Source: Opitutia bacterium
GTDB lineage: Bacteria > Verrucomicrobiota > Verrucomicrobiia > Opitutales > Opitutaceae
NCBI GenBank assembly: GCA_947467625.1
Contig: CANIJN010000002.1
Location: 714-64,713 of the forward strand
Length of the DNA stretch: 64,000 nt
Direction: 5' to 3'
The notes beneath the pieces were generated by a model. It was not told the origin of the DNA, did not search any database, and was given only the letters and a program-made list of their open reading frames with translations. This document shows positions 55,130 through 64,000 of the stretch, one piece after another (position 1 is the stretch's first letter; the number at the start of each line of letters is the position of its first letter). The translations under genes were made by a program, and so were the position numbers.

Positions 55130-56653
55130 CTACTTGTAATCCCGGCGCAAGTTGCTCGGGAGGAGACCGAGCTCTTCTCGGTATTTGGCTACCGTGCGGC
55201 GGGCGATTTTGATGCCTTTTTCCTGCAGCCTCGCCACGATTTCTTGATCGCTGAGCGGGGTCCCTTTGTCTTCAGCGGCGACGAGATCGGCGATCATTTC
55301 CTTTACGCTGGTATTCGAGACCGAGGCACCGCTGTCGGCTTGGTAGCCCGGGGTGAAGAAATATTTGAAATCGAAAATTCCGTGCGGGGTCTTGATGTAT
55401 TTATTGGCGAGGGCGCGGCTGACCGTGGTCTCGTGGACGCCGACGACATCGGCGATTTGAGTCATGGTGAGTGGCTTGAGGTGCGAAACCCCGGTCTCAA
55501 AGAATGGGGTCTGCTCCTTAATGATCTCGCGCGTGATACGTTCGATGGTGCGCTGCCGCTGCTCGATCGAATCGATGAGGAACTTTCCTGATCGCATTTT
55601 CTCACGCAAATAGTCGCGCTCTTCTTTCGAGAGCGTGCCCTTGGCAATCAGATCGCGATAGGTGCTCGAGAGGCGCAAGCGGGGGATGTAGTCGTTGTTG
55701 AGGTGGATCTTCCATTCGTCGCCGTCTTGCTCTACGGTCACATCGGCAATGACAACCCGGTTGTGGTCTTCGGCGAAGCGGCGGCCGGGGGCGGGGTCGA
55801 GTTTGCCGATTTCCTCGATCGCGGATTGCACCTCGTCGGTATCGGCAGAAAGCTTACGTGCGAGTTCCGGGATGCGTCGTCGAGTGAGCAGGTCGAAGTA
55901 ATCTCGGATCATGCGCAGCGCCAGCGAATCGCGACGGCCCTTAGCGGAGAGTTGCAGGAGGAGGCACTCGGCGAGATTTTTGGCTCCAATGCCGGGAGGA
56001 TCAAAGGTTTTGAGGACCTTCAGTGCCTCTTGTACAGTTTCCAACCCAAGGCCCGTTTGCAGCGCGACGTCGGCTGGCGTTTGGGTCAGGAAACCGCGGT
56101 CGTCGAGGCCGCCGACCAGCTGTCGCATCGCCTCCAGTGCCGAGGGCGAGAGATCCGTCATCTCCGCTTGCTGCATGAGATGCTCCTGCAGTGAGGTCTC
56201 GCTAACGAGGGAGTCAAAAAAATGTTGTCGCTTCTCCGCATCTTCTGAGGTGTAGGGCTGCGCTCCGCCGGCACTGGCCATATGGTCGCGCCAGTCTTCG
56301 TCGAGCTTTCCAAGGATCTCGAATTCTTTGTCCTTGGAGAAATCCATTTCATCACGCTTTACCTCCGACGTGTCGGACGGAGCGGTGGCGTCGGATGTGT
56401 CGGAGCCGACTTTCCCGGCGGAATCGGAATCGCGGTCGGTGGCGTGATCCTCGGGGGCCGGATGGTCGAGGCTGACGCCTTCCATCGGGAGTTCTTCGAG
56501 GGTCGGATTGCTCTGCAATTCTTCTTGGATGACCGAACGCAGATCAAGCGCGGCGACCTGAAGGATTTTCAGAGAGTGCCTAAGTTGCGGAGCGAGGACC
56601 AGCGATTGGGTCTGACGCTGGCGCAGTTCGTGGCTAAATCCTTGCCCGCTCAT
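55130..56653 (-). CDS. rpoN: RNA polymerase sigma-54 factor
   Basis: Region I: QRQTQSLVLAPQLRHSLKILQVAALDLRSVIQEELQSNPTLEE. HTH: LTMTQIADVVGVHETTVSRA. RpoN box: ARRTVAKYREELG. Confidence 0.92.
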   Translation of the reverse strand: MSGQGFSHELRQRQTQSLVLAPQLRHSLKILQVAALDLRSVIQEELQSNPTLEELPMEGVSLDHPAPEDHATDRDSDSAGKVGSDTSDATAPSDTSEVKRDEMDFSKDKEFEILGKLDEDWRDHMASAGGAQPYTSEDAEKRQHFFDSLVSETSLQEHLMQQAEMTDLSPSALEAMRQLVGGLDDRGFLTQTPADVALQTGLGLETVQEALKVLKTFDPPGIGAKNLAECLLLQLSAKGRRDSLALRMIRDYFDLLTRRRIPELARKLSADTDEVQSAIEEIGKLDPAPGRRFAEDHNRVVIADVTVEQDGDEWKIHLNNDYIPRLRLSSTYRDLIAKGTLSKEERDYLREKMRSGKFLIDSIEQRQRTIERITREIIKEQTPFFETGVSHLKPLTMTQIADVVGVHETTVSRALANKYIKTPHGIFDFKYFFTPGYQADSGASVSNTSVKEMIADLVAAEDKGTPLSDQEIVARLQEKGIKIARRTVAKYREELGLLPSNLRRDYK

Positions 56654-56682
56654 ATCCTAGATGAATAATCGAGAGGTTCATC

Positions 56683-57654
56683 TCAGCTAGCGGGGCGGGA
56701 AAGCAGGGGGATGATGGGGGCTTTGATGCCGAAGAGGTCCATGAGGTAGACGCCGAGCTTTTCGTTAGTGGGGCCGTAGCCGTCGCTATACAAATAGAGT
56801 TCGAGGGCCGTCAGCATCTCGTAGCCTGATTGGTAACGTTGTTCGCGGTCTCGTTCGAGGGACCGCTGAATAATGGCCTCAAGTTTGGGGTCGATATCGC
56901 CGCGCAGGGTCGAGAACTGGGGAATAGGCATCGCCAAAATGTTGCGGCGAGTCTGCGCCCGGTCGCGGGAGCGAAAGATATTCTTACCGAGGAGGAGCTC
57001 CGTGAGGACGATGCCGAGAGGGAAGAGGTCGGCGCGTGCGTCGGTGATGGCGTAGTTAGCCTGCTCGGGGGAAAGATACTCGTCCTTGCCGGCAATAACT
57101 TTCCCTTCCTCGTTATACATGAGGTCGAGCGCCTTCGCGATGCCGAAGTCCGTGAGCTTCACGTCGCCTTCCTGGGCGATGAGGACATTTTTGGGTCCGA
57201 TGTCGCGATGGACGATGTTCAGGTGACGGCCCTCGCGGTCGCATTTGGTGTGCGCGTAGGTGAGGCCGCGGGCGATCCGTGAGACGATAAACGCAGCCAG
57301 ATCGATGGGGATGTGTTTACCCAGCTGGCGATGGCGCTCAATAAATTGCTCCAAGTTCACGCCTTTGACGAATTCCATCACCATGAAATATTGGCCTCCG
57401 ACCTGACCGAGGTGATAGGTCTGGACAATGTTGGTATGGATCAGATCTGCAACGAGTCGTGCCTCACCGATGAAGTTGCTTTGGAACTCTGCGATCGCCG
57501 AATATTCCTCCCTAATAACTTTTATCGCGACGACTTTCCGGAAATTGCCGGCCCCGAGCTGCACAGCCTCGTAGACTAGGCCCATACCGCCTTCCGCGAT
57601 CTTGCGAGTCATCTCGTAGTGGAGTTCGTTGAAAATGTGCTTAAGTTCGGCCAC
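56683..57654 (-). CDS. Hanks-type Ser/Thr protein kinase, catalytic domain only
   Basis: 323 aa. Motifs: [12 protein letters not shown] (G-loop), VVAIKVI (Lys), [11 protein letters not shown] (catalytic loop, atypical), DFGIAK, YLSPEQ. It ends 29 nt upstream of rpoN on the same strand. Confidence 0.85.
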   Translation of the reverse strand: MAELKHIFNELHYEMTRKIAEGGMGLVYEAVQLGAGNFRKVVAIKVIREEYSAIAEFQSNFIGEARLVADLIHTNIVQTYHLGQVGGQYFMVMEFVKGVNLEQFIERHRQLGKHIPIDLAAFIVSRIARGLTYAHTKCDREGRHLNIVHRDIGPKNVLIAQEGDVKLTDFGIAKALDLMYNEEGKVIAGKDEYLSPEQANYAITDARADLFPLGIVLTELLLGKNIFRSRDRAQTRRNILAMPIPQFSTLRGDIDPKLEAIIQRSLERDREQRYQSGYEMLTALELYLYSDGYGPTNEKLGVYLMDLFGIKAPIIPLLSRPAS

Positions 57655-57768
57655 GGAACTTGCAGAAAGGAGGGCGTGACGACTACTGGCAAGAGCGCAT
57701 ATCGTGTTCGGCGCGGAATTTGCTGTAAGCCGATTTGACAGCGTGAGGCGCGACCTTATTTTGAGGAG

Positions 57769-58086
57769 GTGATCTCTCTAACTCCACGGGCCGCGAGCCA
57801 AGTTCGTACCATGCACGCCGAACTCAATGCGCCCGCGAAGCGACTTCGCGTGTTTGTCGAATCGGGCGGTTGCTCGGGCTTCCAATACGGAATGTCGTTC
57901 GATGAGAAAAAAGAAGCTGACACGGAATTGGAAAGCGAGGGCGTGCCCATTTTGATGGACCCGGCGAGTCTGGCCTATCTCGACGGTTCTTCGGTCGATT
58001 TTGACGACGGCCTCCACGGGAAGGGATTTGAAATTAAGAATCCCAACGCACAAAGCACCTGCGGCTGCGGGAAGTCGTTTAGCTGA
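57769..58086 (+). CDS. erpA: Iron-sulfur cluster insertion/assembly protein (HesB/IscA/ErpA family)
   Basis: [11 protein letters not shown] ... [21 protein letters not shown] ... [13 protein letters not shown] start. Confidence 0.85.
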   Translation: MISLTPRAASQVRTMHAELNAPAKRLRVFVESGGCSGFQYGMSFDEKKEADTELESEGVPILMDPASLAYLDGSSVDFDDGLHGKGFEIKNPNAQSTCGCGKSFS

Positions 58087-58116
58087 TAGCTTGACGAAAA
58101 AGGAGGGGCCTTAGGA

Positions 58117-58842
58117 TCAAAGAACCCGCGGGCGCGCTGAGGGCTTAGTGCACTCGTGGATCGCAACCGTACTGAAGGTCATCGTCTGAGCCGAGACTGA
58201 CGTAAAACCGGCGGCCCGGATCTCGTTGGCGAGAGCAGCCGCATTGGGAAACTGCTCGATGGTTTCGTTCAGGTAAACATAGGCTGAGCGATCGCCCGTA
58301 ACGGCGCCTGCGACCAGCGGGAGGATTTTCCTCAAATAGAAGAAATAAAACGGACGAAACCACGCCGATGGCTGCGAGAATTCCAACACCCAGAGTCGTC
58401 CACCCGGGCGCAGCACACGGTAAATTTCGCGGAGGCCGCGATCGCGGTCGGAGAGATTCCGGAGGCCAAACGAAATCGTAACTGCGTCGCAGAATGAGTC
58501 GGGTAACGGGAGTGCAAGGCCGTCACCTTGGCGGAAAGAGACGTTCGCGTAGGAGCCGACACCGTCGGCTCTTTTCTTGATTTCGGCCGCGTCGAGCATG
58601 GGTTGGCAAAAGTCCATGCCGAGGATCTGCGTCGTCGAGGGGAGTCGGTGGGAGAGGGCGAAGGCCACATCACCACTCCCGGTGGCGAGGTCCAGCACCG
58701 CTGTGGGCGTCCTGCGGGAAACCGCGGCGACAAGTTGGCGCCGCCACCACAAGTCAAGTCCGCCACTCAGGAGTCGGTTGGCGACGTCGTACCGAGCGGC
58801 GATGCGCGCGAACATGGAATTGACCGCGACGGGATCGGGCAT
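58117..58842 (-). CDS. ubiE: Demethylmenaquinone/ubiquinone C-methyltransferase
   Basis: MFARIAARYDVANRLLSGGLDLWWRR ... VLDLATGSGDVA ... ISFGLRNL ... VLRPGGRLWVLEFS. The track ORF extends to 58926; the ATG at 58842 (MPDPVAVNSMF) fits the family N-terminus better, so the start is uncertain. Confidence 0.85.
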   Translation of the reverse strand: MPDPVAVNSMFARIAARYDVANRLLSGGLDLWWRRQLVAAVSRRTPTAVLDLATGSGDVAFALSHRLPSTTQILGMDFCQPMLDAAEIKKRADGVGSYANVSFRQGDGLALPLPDSFCDAVTISFGLRNLSDRDRGLREIYRVLRPGGRLWVLEFSQPSAWFRPFYFFYLRKILPLVAGAVTGDRSAYVYLNETIEQFPNAAALANEIRAAGFTSVSAQTMTFSTVAIHECTKPSARPRVL

Positions 58843-58973
58843 GGTCAGGGAAGTCAGAGAAAACTCCGGAAAATCATCAGCGGACAGGTTGTCATAATCG
58901 TTGACCCAGTTCAACAGTGTAAACAAGTTCAGAGCAGCTTATTTAACTAAGTTTCAGTAAAATGATTCCTACC

Positions 58974-59291
58974 ATGTCTAATTTGACCAAACGAGAAATT
59001 GTCCTCCAGATTTACCGGAAGTCCGGATTTCCGCAGAAACAGATCGTCGATACCGTGCAGCAGACACTCGATATCGTGCAAAAGGCGCTCGCCAGCGGGC
59101 GTAACGTTGAGTTGCGCAATTTTGGGGTCTTGGAAGTGCAGGTGCGCAAGCAGCGAATCGGCCGCAATCCCAACAAGCCGGCGGCTGAGGTCATTATCCC
59201 TCAGCGAGCGGTCGTGAAATTCAAATCCGGCAAGATTCTCAAACAGCAGTTGAAGAAGATCGACCTCGCGAAGTTGCAGGCGGGGAACTAA
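58974..59291 (+). CDS. HU/IHF-family DNA-binding protein
   Basis: MSNLTKREIVLQIYRKSGFPQKQIVDTVQQTLDIVQKALASGRNVELRNFGVLEVQVRKQRIGRNPNKPAAEVIIPQRAVVKFKSGK. Confidence 0.85.
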   Translation: MSNLTKREIVLQIYRKSGFPQKQIVDTVQQTLDIVQKALASGRNVELRNFGVLEVQVRKQRIGRNPNKPAAEVIIPQRAVVKFKSGKILKQQLKKIDLAKLQAGN

Positions 59292-60405
59292 GCTGACCAG
59301 AGCATCTGCCGGGTGCGCGGTGCCGTGAGGTCCGGTCTGTCTTGCCCTCGGTGGGAGGTGATCCGAAGGGCAGTGTAAAAATCATCGGATGTGAGGTTTG
59401 GCGCTTGTGAGCCGCGGACGGGAGGTAACTTGACGGGAGCACGGGGAGGGGGACCCAGCCAAGGATGCGCTGAGCACGCGCGGAGTGATTTTGGCTCGGT
59501 GCGGCGCACGTGGACAATGCGCCGCCACGACCGGCGCGTGTCACCTGCTGGTGCGTTTCACGTTGGCGACGACGGAGCGGGCTTTTGGCAGGGGATTCGA
59601 GGCAGTGAGGCAGTGAACCACAGCATCACGCTTGTACTGCGCTTGCGCGCCCAGCGCAGGAAGTCAGGTAAGTGATAATCCTGCGGCCGGGGGCAGGGTG
59701 CGCACCCAAAGCTGTTTAGGGTGCGTGAGGTCGACGTAGACGTCGCGGTGGTCGCGGGCGAAGCCGCCGGTCGGCCCGAGGACGAACCAGCCGGCGGCCT
59801 TATATCAGCTTCCTTCATCCGGCGCGGGATCGAAGAGGCTCTCGGGCACGAGCACCGAGTGACTGTGAGCGGCCGGCCGGGCAATCGGTGGGTGCAGCGG
59901 ACTTTCAGGTGGCTGGTGAGGTTGGGGTATTGGCCGCTCTCGGCCAGTACGAGAAAGCGGCTGCTCTGCGCGACGAGGCACAGCCGCGCGGCGCGCTAGG
60001 GCCTGGACCAACCGAGCTAGCTGTCGCGTGGACGACGGTGCTGCGAGGGACTGGCCCAGCCGAGCAGGGCGAGCTAGCGGCCGTCGTGCGGGACCTCGAC
60101 CTAGCGCAGCGTTTTGCCGACGAGCGTAGCAATGTGCAGGTCGGTGCACAGCTCTTGATCAAAGCGGGCGCGCTCTGTCTGGCAGGATCAGGCGCCGCTG
60201 GTAGGGGGCGCGCCGGGCAAGCTTGGCCGTAAGCCTGGATCCGCTTCGAAGCGGAGCAGGGAGAGGAATGATGCGTCAGAAAAATCGCTCATCCCTTTAC
60301 GCAACAAACCGCGGGTACGATCGCCGATAAGATCCTGCGGTGAACCCTCTTGGTACCCACTTTTTATTCGCCCTAGGCCGAACCCGTTCGCAACGTGTCG
60401 GGTCC

Positions 60406-61722
60406 ATGGCCACATTCCAGTCTCTGCCCGGATTCCGTGAGTTCTATCCCGAGGATTTTGCGCGTCGGAACCATATCTTTCGCCTTTGGCGGCAGACGGC
60501 GAGCACCTTTGGGTTCGCCGAATACGATGCGCCGGTGCTTGAACCCCTCGAGCTTTACAAGGCGAAGTCAGGCGATGAAATCGAAGCGCAGTTATTCAGT
60601 TTCACGGACAAGGGCGGGCGAGAAGTGGCGTTGCGTCCGGAAATGACACCGACGGTGTGTCGGCTCGTTGGGGCTAAGGCCAGCGCATTGAAACGCCCGA
60701 TCAAGTGGTTTAGTATAGCGGAGTTTTATCGATACGAGCGGATGCAAAAAGGGCGCGGACGTTGTTTCTCCCAGTTCAACGCGGATATTTTTGGTGAACC
60801 CGGCCCAGAGGCAGAAACGGAACTGATTGCGATGCTGGTGCAGTGTCTCGCGTCGTTTGGCCTGACCGAGCAGGATTTTTATGTGAGGTTGAGCGATCGG
60901 AATCTATGGTTCTACTATTTGGAAGCGCTCGGGCTCGATGAGCCGCGTATCCGTGGAGTGCTGGGTGCAGTGGATCGATTTGAAAAATACGGAGAGGAGG
61001 CCTTTAAGGGTTACACGGAGCAGTTTGGACCGCTCGACGACGGCGTGAAGCTCAGGGTGCTCGCCTTCTTGCAGATCAAATCACTCGCGGCGCTCGAGCA
61101 CACCCTCGGCTCAATCGGCGGCGAGAAACTCACCGCGCGCCTTGCGGACTGGAAAAAACTCTTGGGTAACCTCGACGCGATGGGCTTGGCGCGGTTTGTC
61201 GAAGTTGACCTCGGGGTTGTGCGCGGCCTCGCCTATTACACGGGTTTCGTCTTCGAGGCTTTTGATCGCAAGGGGGAGTTGCGCGCACTCGCGGGTGGCG
61301 GGCGTTACGACGATTTGGTGCAAAAACTCGGCGGTCCGGCGCTGCCGGCAGTGGGCTTCGCGATCGGCGATATGACGTTTGCGCTGCTCCTCGAACAACG
61401 CGGCTTGATGCCGACGTTGGTGCAGGTGCCGGACGTGTATTGTGTGCTGGGCGGTGCTGCCGAGCGGCACGCGGCGTTCCGAGATATCCATGCGCTGCGC
61501 GCGGCCGGCTATCGGGTCGACTATCCGATGAAAGATATTGCGTTCGGAAAACAGTTTAAGACGGCGGCGGAGTCGGGGGCCAAGATCGCCCTCCTCTATG
61601 GCGGCGAGGAAATTGCGAAGGGGGTCGTGAAACTCCGCGATCTCACGGACCGCAGTGAGCGTGAGGTGCCGCGGGCAGATGTCGTCGCCGCGGTGCGGGA
61701 TTTTTTCACGGTGGGGGGATGA
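60406..61722 (+). CDS. hisS: Histidine--tRNA ligase
   Basis: Start at ATG 60406 (MATFQSLPGFREFYPED). Further motifs: FSFTDKGGREVALRPEMTPTVCR ... RYERMQKGRGRCFSQFN ... ALAGGGRYDDLV. Confidence 0.92.
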   Translation: MATFQSLPGFREFYPEDFARRNHIFRLWRQTASTFGFAEYDAPVLEPLELYKAKSGDEIEAQLFSFTDKGGREVALRPEMTPTVCRLVGAKASALKRPIKWFSIAEFYRYERMQKGRGRCFSQFNADIFGEPGPEAETELIAMLVQCLASFGLTEQDFYVRLSDRNLWFYYLEALGLDEPRIRGVLGAVDRFEKYGEEAFKGYTEQFGPLDDGVKLRVLAFLQIKSLAALEHTLGSIGGEKLTARLADWKKLLGNLDAMGLARFVEVDLGVVRGLAYYTGFVFEAFDRKGELRALAGGGRYDDLVQKLGGPALPAVGFAIGDMTFALLLEQRGLMPTLVQVPDVYCVLGGAAERHAAFRDIHALRAAGYRVDYPMKDIAFGKQFKTAAESGAKIALLYGGEEIAKGVVKLRDLTDRSEREVPRADVVAAVRDFFTVGG

Positions 61723-61983
61723 GATCCTGGCGGATTTTTTTTGGGGCGGGTTAGCTGGGGTGCTGGAGGCCGGATTTACGCTGCTCGTGGCTATGTCGGC
61801 GAACCGGCGAACCTGCTGATCTTCCAGCTGCGACGGGCGTCGTATACCGAAGGCCTTTTCGGCTTACACGGGGTGTCCGCTGCGGAGGGCACGCAACTCA
61901 CAATGATATCTTCGAAGTGGCGGGTGCCAAATCCGGAGCGAGCTGCTCAGTTTCGAAAAACGCCTGCCCGGCGAGCCAAGGCG

Positions 61984-62388
61984 CTAGAGCAAGTTCCGCG
62001 GTCCGAAGGCGTCGGGCAGCAGCGTGTCGAGCGTGGTGTCGAGACGTGCGGGAGAATCGCATACGGAGATTACCCGAGCGTGGGGGCCGAATTCGTTGAT
62101 AACTTGGCGACATGACCCACAGGGGGCCGTGGGGGTTTTTGTTGGGGTGTAAACCATGACGGCAGTGAGTTTTCGTGCTCCCGCCGCCACGGCGGAAAAA
62201 ATCGCGGTTCGCTCGGCGCAGTTGCACAGGCCGTAGGCAGCGTTCTCCACATTGCAGCCAGTGAAAATTTTCCCGGAAGCCACGAGGACGGCTGCTCCCA
62301 CGGGGAACTCGGAATAAGGACAATACGCATCGCGCGCTGCGCTGCGGGCGGCTTTTTCCAAACGGCGGAGGGTGGAGGCGGAGATCAT
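61984..62388 (-). CDS. cdd: Cytidine deaminase
   Basis: AYCPYSEFPVGAAV ... GCNVENAAYGLCNCAERTAIF ... PCGSCRQVINEF. The start is taken at ATG 62388; the longer track ORF would translate the REP-like repeat. Confidence 0.88.
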   Translation of the reverse strand: MISASTLRRLEKAARSAARDAYCPYSEFPVGAAVLVASGKIFTGCNVENAAYGLCNCAERTAIFSAVAAGARKLTAVMVYTPTKTPTAPCGSCRQVINEFGPHARVISVCDSPARLDTTLDTLLPDAFGPRNLL

Positions 62389-62407
62389 TGTTGGGTTATG
62401 CGGTGAG

Positions 62408-62433
62408 GTGAAATCGTCCGCAAGCAGGCTTCG
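62408..62433 (-). repeat. Solo half-copy of the REP/MITE-like element (copy D)
   Basis: ggtgaaatcgtccgcaagcaggcttc, compared with copy C ggtgaaatgtaaaatcgcccgcaagcaggcggcttc. Confidence 0.4.
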
Positions 62434-62592
62434 CACCGCGACCGTAACTGGGCGCTGGCGAGCGCGGGGAGACGAGCTTTCGTATCCACGATAACGTGAC
62501 GTTGAGTGCGGGTTAACTTACCGTTGTAGCGAAGGCACGGTGGTAAGGAATCAGGATTGGCCAGAGGTTTGGGCCGACCGCGGTGCCGACGG

Positions 62593-62676
62593 CGCGGTTC
62601 GCACGGCGCGGTTCGCACGGCGCGGTTCGCACGGGGCGGTTCGCACGGCGCGGTTCGCACGGGGCGGTTCGCCGAG
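62593..62676. repeat. Tandem repeat of a 14-bp unit, about 6 copies
   Basis: Units in order: cgcggttcgcacgg x3, ggcggttcgcacgg, cgcggttcgcacgg, ggcggttcgccgag. The unit length is not a multiple of 3. It lies in the cdd/dgt divergent intergenic region. Confidence 0.9.
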
Positions 62677-62754
62677 CGGAGTAGGGAAGGTCCGATGAGA
62701 TATATCCGAGGTTGCGTCGTGGTCAACGGGGCGTTCGTGTCGAAACGAAAGCCG

Positions 62755-64000
62755 ATGATCAATCGTTTCTACACTGCGTTCGACAGCGAGTCGATGGGTG
62801 AAGCCCGCAAGGGCGACTACCGTACGCCATTTCAGGTGGACCGCGACCGGATCATTCATGCGCATGCGTTCCGCAAGCTGCAGTCCAAGACTCAGGTATT
62901 TCTTTCTGGAGAGTATGATTTCTATCGTACGCGACTGACGCACTCCATGGAGGTCGCGCAGATCGGGCGCTCCATCTGTGTTTTCCTCCGCTCGCGGGGC
63001 GCGCCGTTGGGGGATGATTTCCACATCGACAGCGACCTTGTCGAAGGGGTGTGTCTGGCGCACGATCTGGGGCATCCGCCGTTTGGACATTCGGGTGAGC
63101 GCACGCTACAGGAACTTATGCTCAGATGGGGTGGTTTCGAGGGTAACGCGCAGACACTCCACCTGCTCACGGAGACGATGTATCAGAACGAGAGCGGAGT
63201 GAGGGGCATGGTGCCCACGCGGGCGCTCCTCGATGGCGTGCTCAAATACAAGAAGCTCATCGGCGAGTTTCCGTCGCTACCGACCAAGCACTTTCTCTAC
63301 GACCGGCAGGAGCGGCACCGTGACTTTGTTTTTGGCGACGCCACGATTCCGGCGGCATTGCATGGTGGAGAAAAGCTTAACGCGTTCAAAAGTGTGGAGT
63401 GCCAGATTATGGATTGGGCGGACGATGCGGCGTATTCGCTGAACGATATCGTCGACGGGGTGAAGGCGGGTTTTCTTACGATCGAGCGTATCGAGGCTTG
63501 GGCGGCGGGTGAGCTGATTGATGCGGAGCGGCAGCGTTGGCTCGACCAGTTGTGCGTAGCGATTCGGGGTGATCGATTGGAGAACGTATTTGCGCAAAAG
63601 GTCGGTGGATTTATTACCGCGTGTCGGCTGCGGGAGCGGACGAATTTTATGTCGGCCAAGACGAACCGCTACCGGTTCGAACTCGTGATCTCCCCAGGCG
63701 CGGAGCGCGAGGCGGCATTTTATAAGAAAATGGCCAACGATGTCATCTTCGAGAGCCCGCAGCTCCAGCAGATGGAGCACAATGCGCGGCGGGTGCTTTT
63801 TCAGCTGTGGGAATCGTGCTGGCGCAACTATGTCGAGAAGGGCGACCGCGTGATCACGATCTTGCCGCCGCGCGTGGGGCGGTTGCTCGACTTGGAGGCG
63901 ACGCCGGCCGGCAAGGCTCGGCAGATCTGCGACTGGCTAGCCGGGCTCACGGATGGGATGATCGTGCGCACCTACCAAAGGTTGTTCGATCCCCAGTTTG
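62755..64000 (+). CDS. dgt: dGTPase-family HD-domain triphosphohydrolase; 3' end runs off the window
   Basis: Open-ended, so absent from the ORF track. My translation: MINRFYTAFDSESMGEARKGDYRTPFQVDRDRIIHAHAFRKLQSKTQVFLSGEYDFYRTRLTHSMEVAQIGR ... CLAHDLGHPPFGHSGE ... MDWADDAAYSLNDIVDG. An in-frame alternative ATG lies at 62695. Confidence 0.88.
   Translation, partial: MINRFYTAFDSESMGEARKGDYRTPFQVDRDRIIHAHAFRKLQSKTQVFLSGEYDFYRTRLTHSMEVAQIGRSICVFLRSRGAPLGDDFHIDSDLVEGVCLAHDLGHPPFGHSGERTLQELMLRWGGFEGNAQTLHLLTETMYQNESGVRGMVPTRALLDGVLKYKKLIGEFPSLPTKHFLYDRQERHRDFVFGDATIPAALHGGEKLNAFKSVECQIMDWADDAAYSLNDIVDGVKAGFLTIERIEAWAAGELIDAERQRWLDQLCVAIRGDRLENVFAQKVGGFITACRLRERTNFMSAKTNRYRFELVISPGAEREAAFYKKMANDVIFESPQLQQMEHNARRVLFQLWESCWRNYVEKGDRVITILPPRVGRLLDLEATPAGKARQICDWLAGLTDGMIVRTYQRLFDPQF

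Noticed and set aside
59292-60405. Considered a cobalamin or other riboswitch, tmRNA, RNase P RNA, SRP RNA, 6S RNA or a group II intron in the ORF-poor region.
   Set aside because: I could not find the conserved cores (the RNase P GAGGAAAGUCC box, a tmRNA tag reading frame and T-arm, the SRP GGAA tetraloop context, the B12 box in correct order, or domain V) by eye. The region is left as an unexplained finding rather than an RNA call.
61741-62323. Track ORFs 61741..62115(+) and 61898..62323(-) in and beside cdd.
   Set aside because: They overlap the cytidine deaminase frame, which carries the CAE/PCGxC zinc motifs. They have no motifs of their own.
62593-62676. Whether the 14-bp tandem array could be a CRISPR.
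   Set aside because: The units are directly adjacent with no spacers and are far shorter than CRISPR repeats. No cas genes are present.

Overview
High-GC bacterial chromosomal window with about 55 protein genes. I saw no rRNA, tRNA or CRISPR. All family calls come from reading motifs by eye in the supplied translations and in my own translations of open-ended frames; no searches were run. Gene content (an alternative complex III operon fused to a cbb3-like module, GT-C/TPR proteins, Shine-Dalgarno-poor starts) suggests a Verrucomicrobiota/Opitutales-like genome, but that is inference only.

Layout:
- 1-26.8 kb is a cell-surface/glycan region. It holds a divergent two-partner secretion (TPS) pair: tpsB, and a 1930-aa Cys-free, Thr/Ser/Asn-rich tpsA.
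- tpsB sits at the head of a same-strand run of glycan genes: a pyruvyl transferase, a 1093-aa GT-C-like membrane protein, a GT9-coiled-coil-GT2 fusion, and an ArnC-like GT2.
- The same region also carries a TMTC-like GT-C/TPR gene bracketed by inverted MITE/REP-like elements, a convergent and overlapping wzt/wzm pair, a GT8-like gene, metY, and a DegT aminotransferase next to a methyltransferase-GT2 fusion.
- 26.9-31.4 kb is a four-gene tripartite ABC efflux system (TolC, MFP, FtsX permease, ATPase).
- 31.7-42.8 kb is a tightly coupled operon: actABCDEF, a small membrane ORF, a CcoN-like gene, a CcoO-like gene and a cytochrome c gene.
- 42.9-64 kb is housekeeping: hldD, proC, folD, rluB-like, a CysJ-like reductase, fabG-acpP-fabF, rpmB, a MidA-like gene, ctp, tsaD, rpoN preceded by a Ser/Thr kinase, erpA, ubiE, an IHF-like gene, hisS, cdd and dgt.

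Most notable observations:
- The CcoN homologue aligns without gaps to canonical CcoN but appears to lack five of the six conserved heme/CuB histidines.
- The TPS locus is physically coupled to glycosyltransferases.
- The GT9 and GT2 domains are separated by a coiled coil, an architecture resembling known chain-length 'rulers'.
- A MITE/REP-like palindromic element family is present in four copies.
- A 1.1-kb stretch has no convincing gene.

Many long ORFs in the track are antisense or off-frame shadows typical of high-GC DNA and were rejected.
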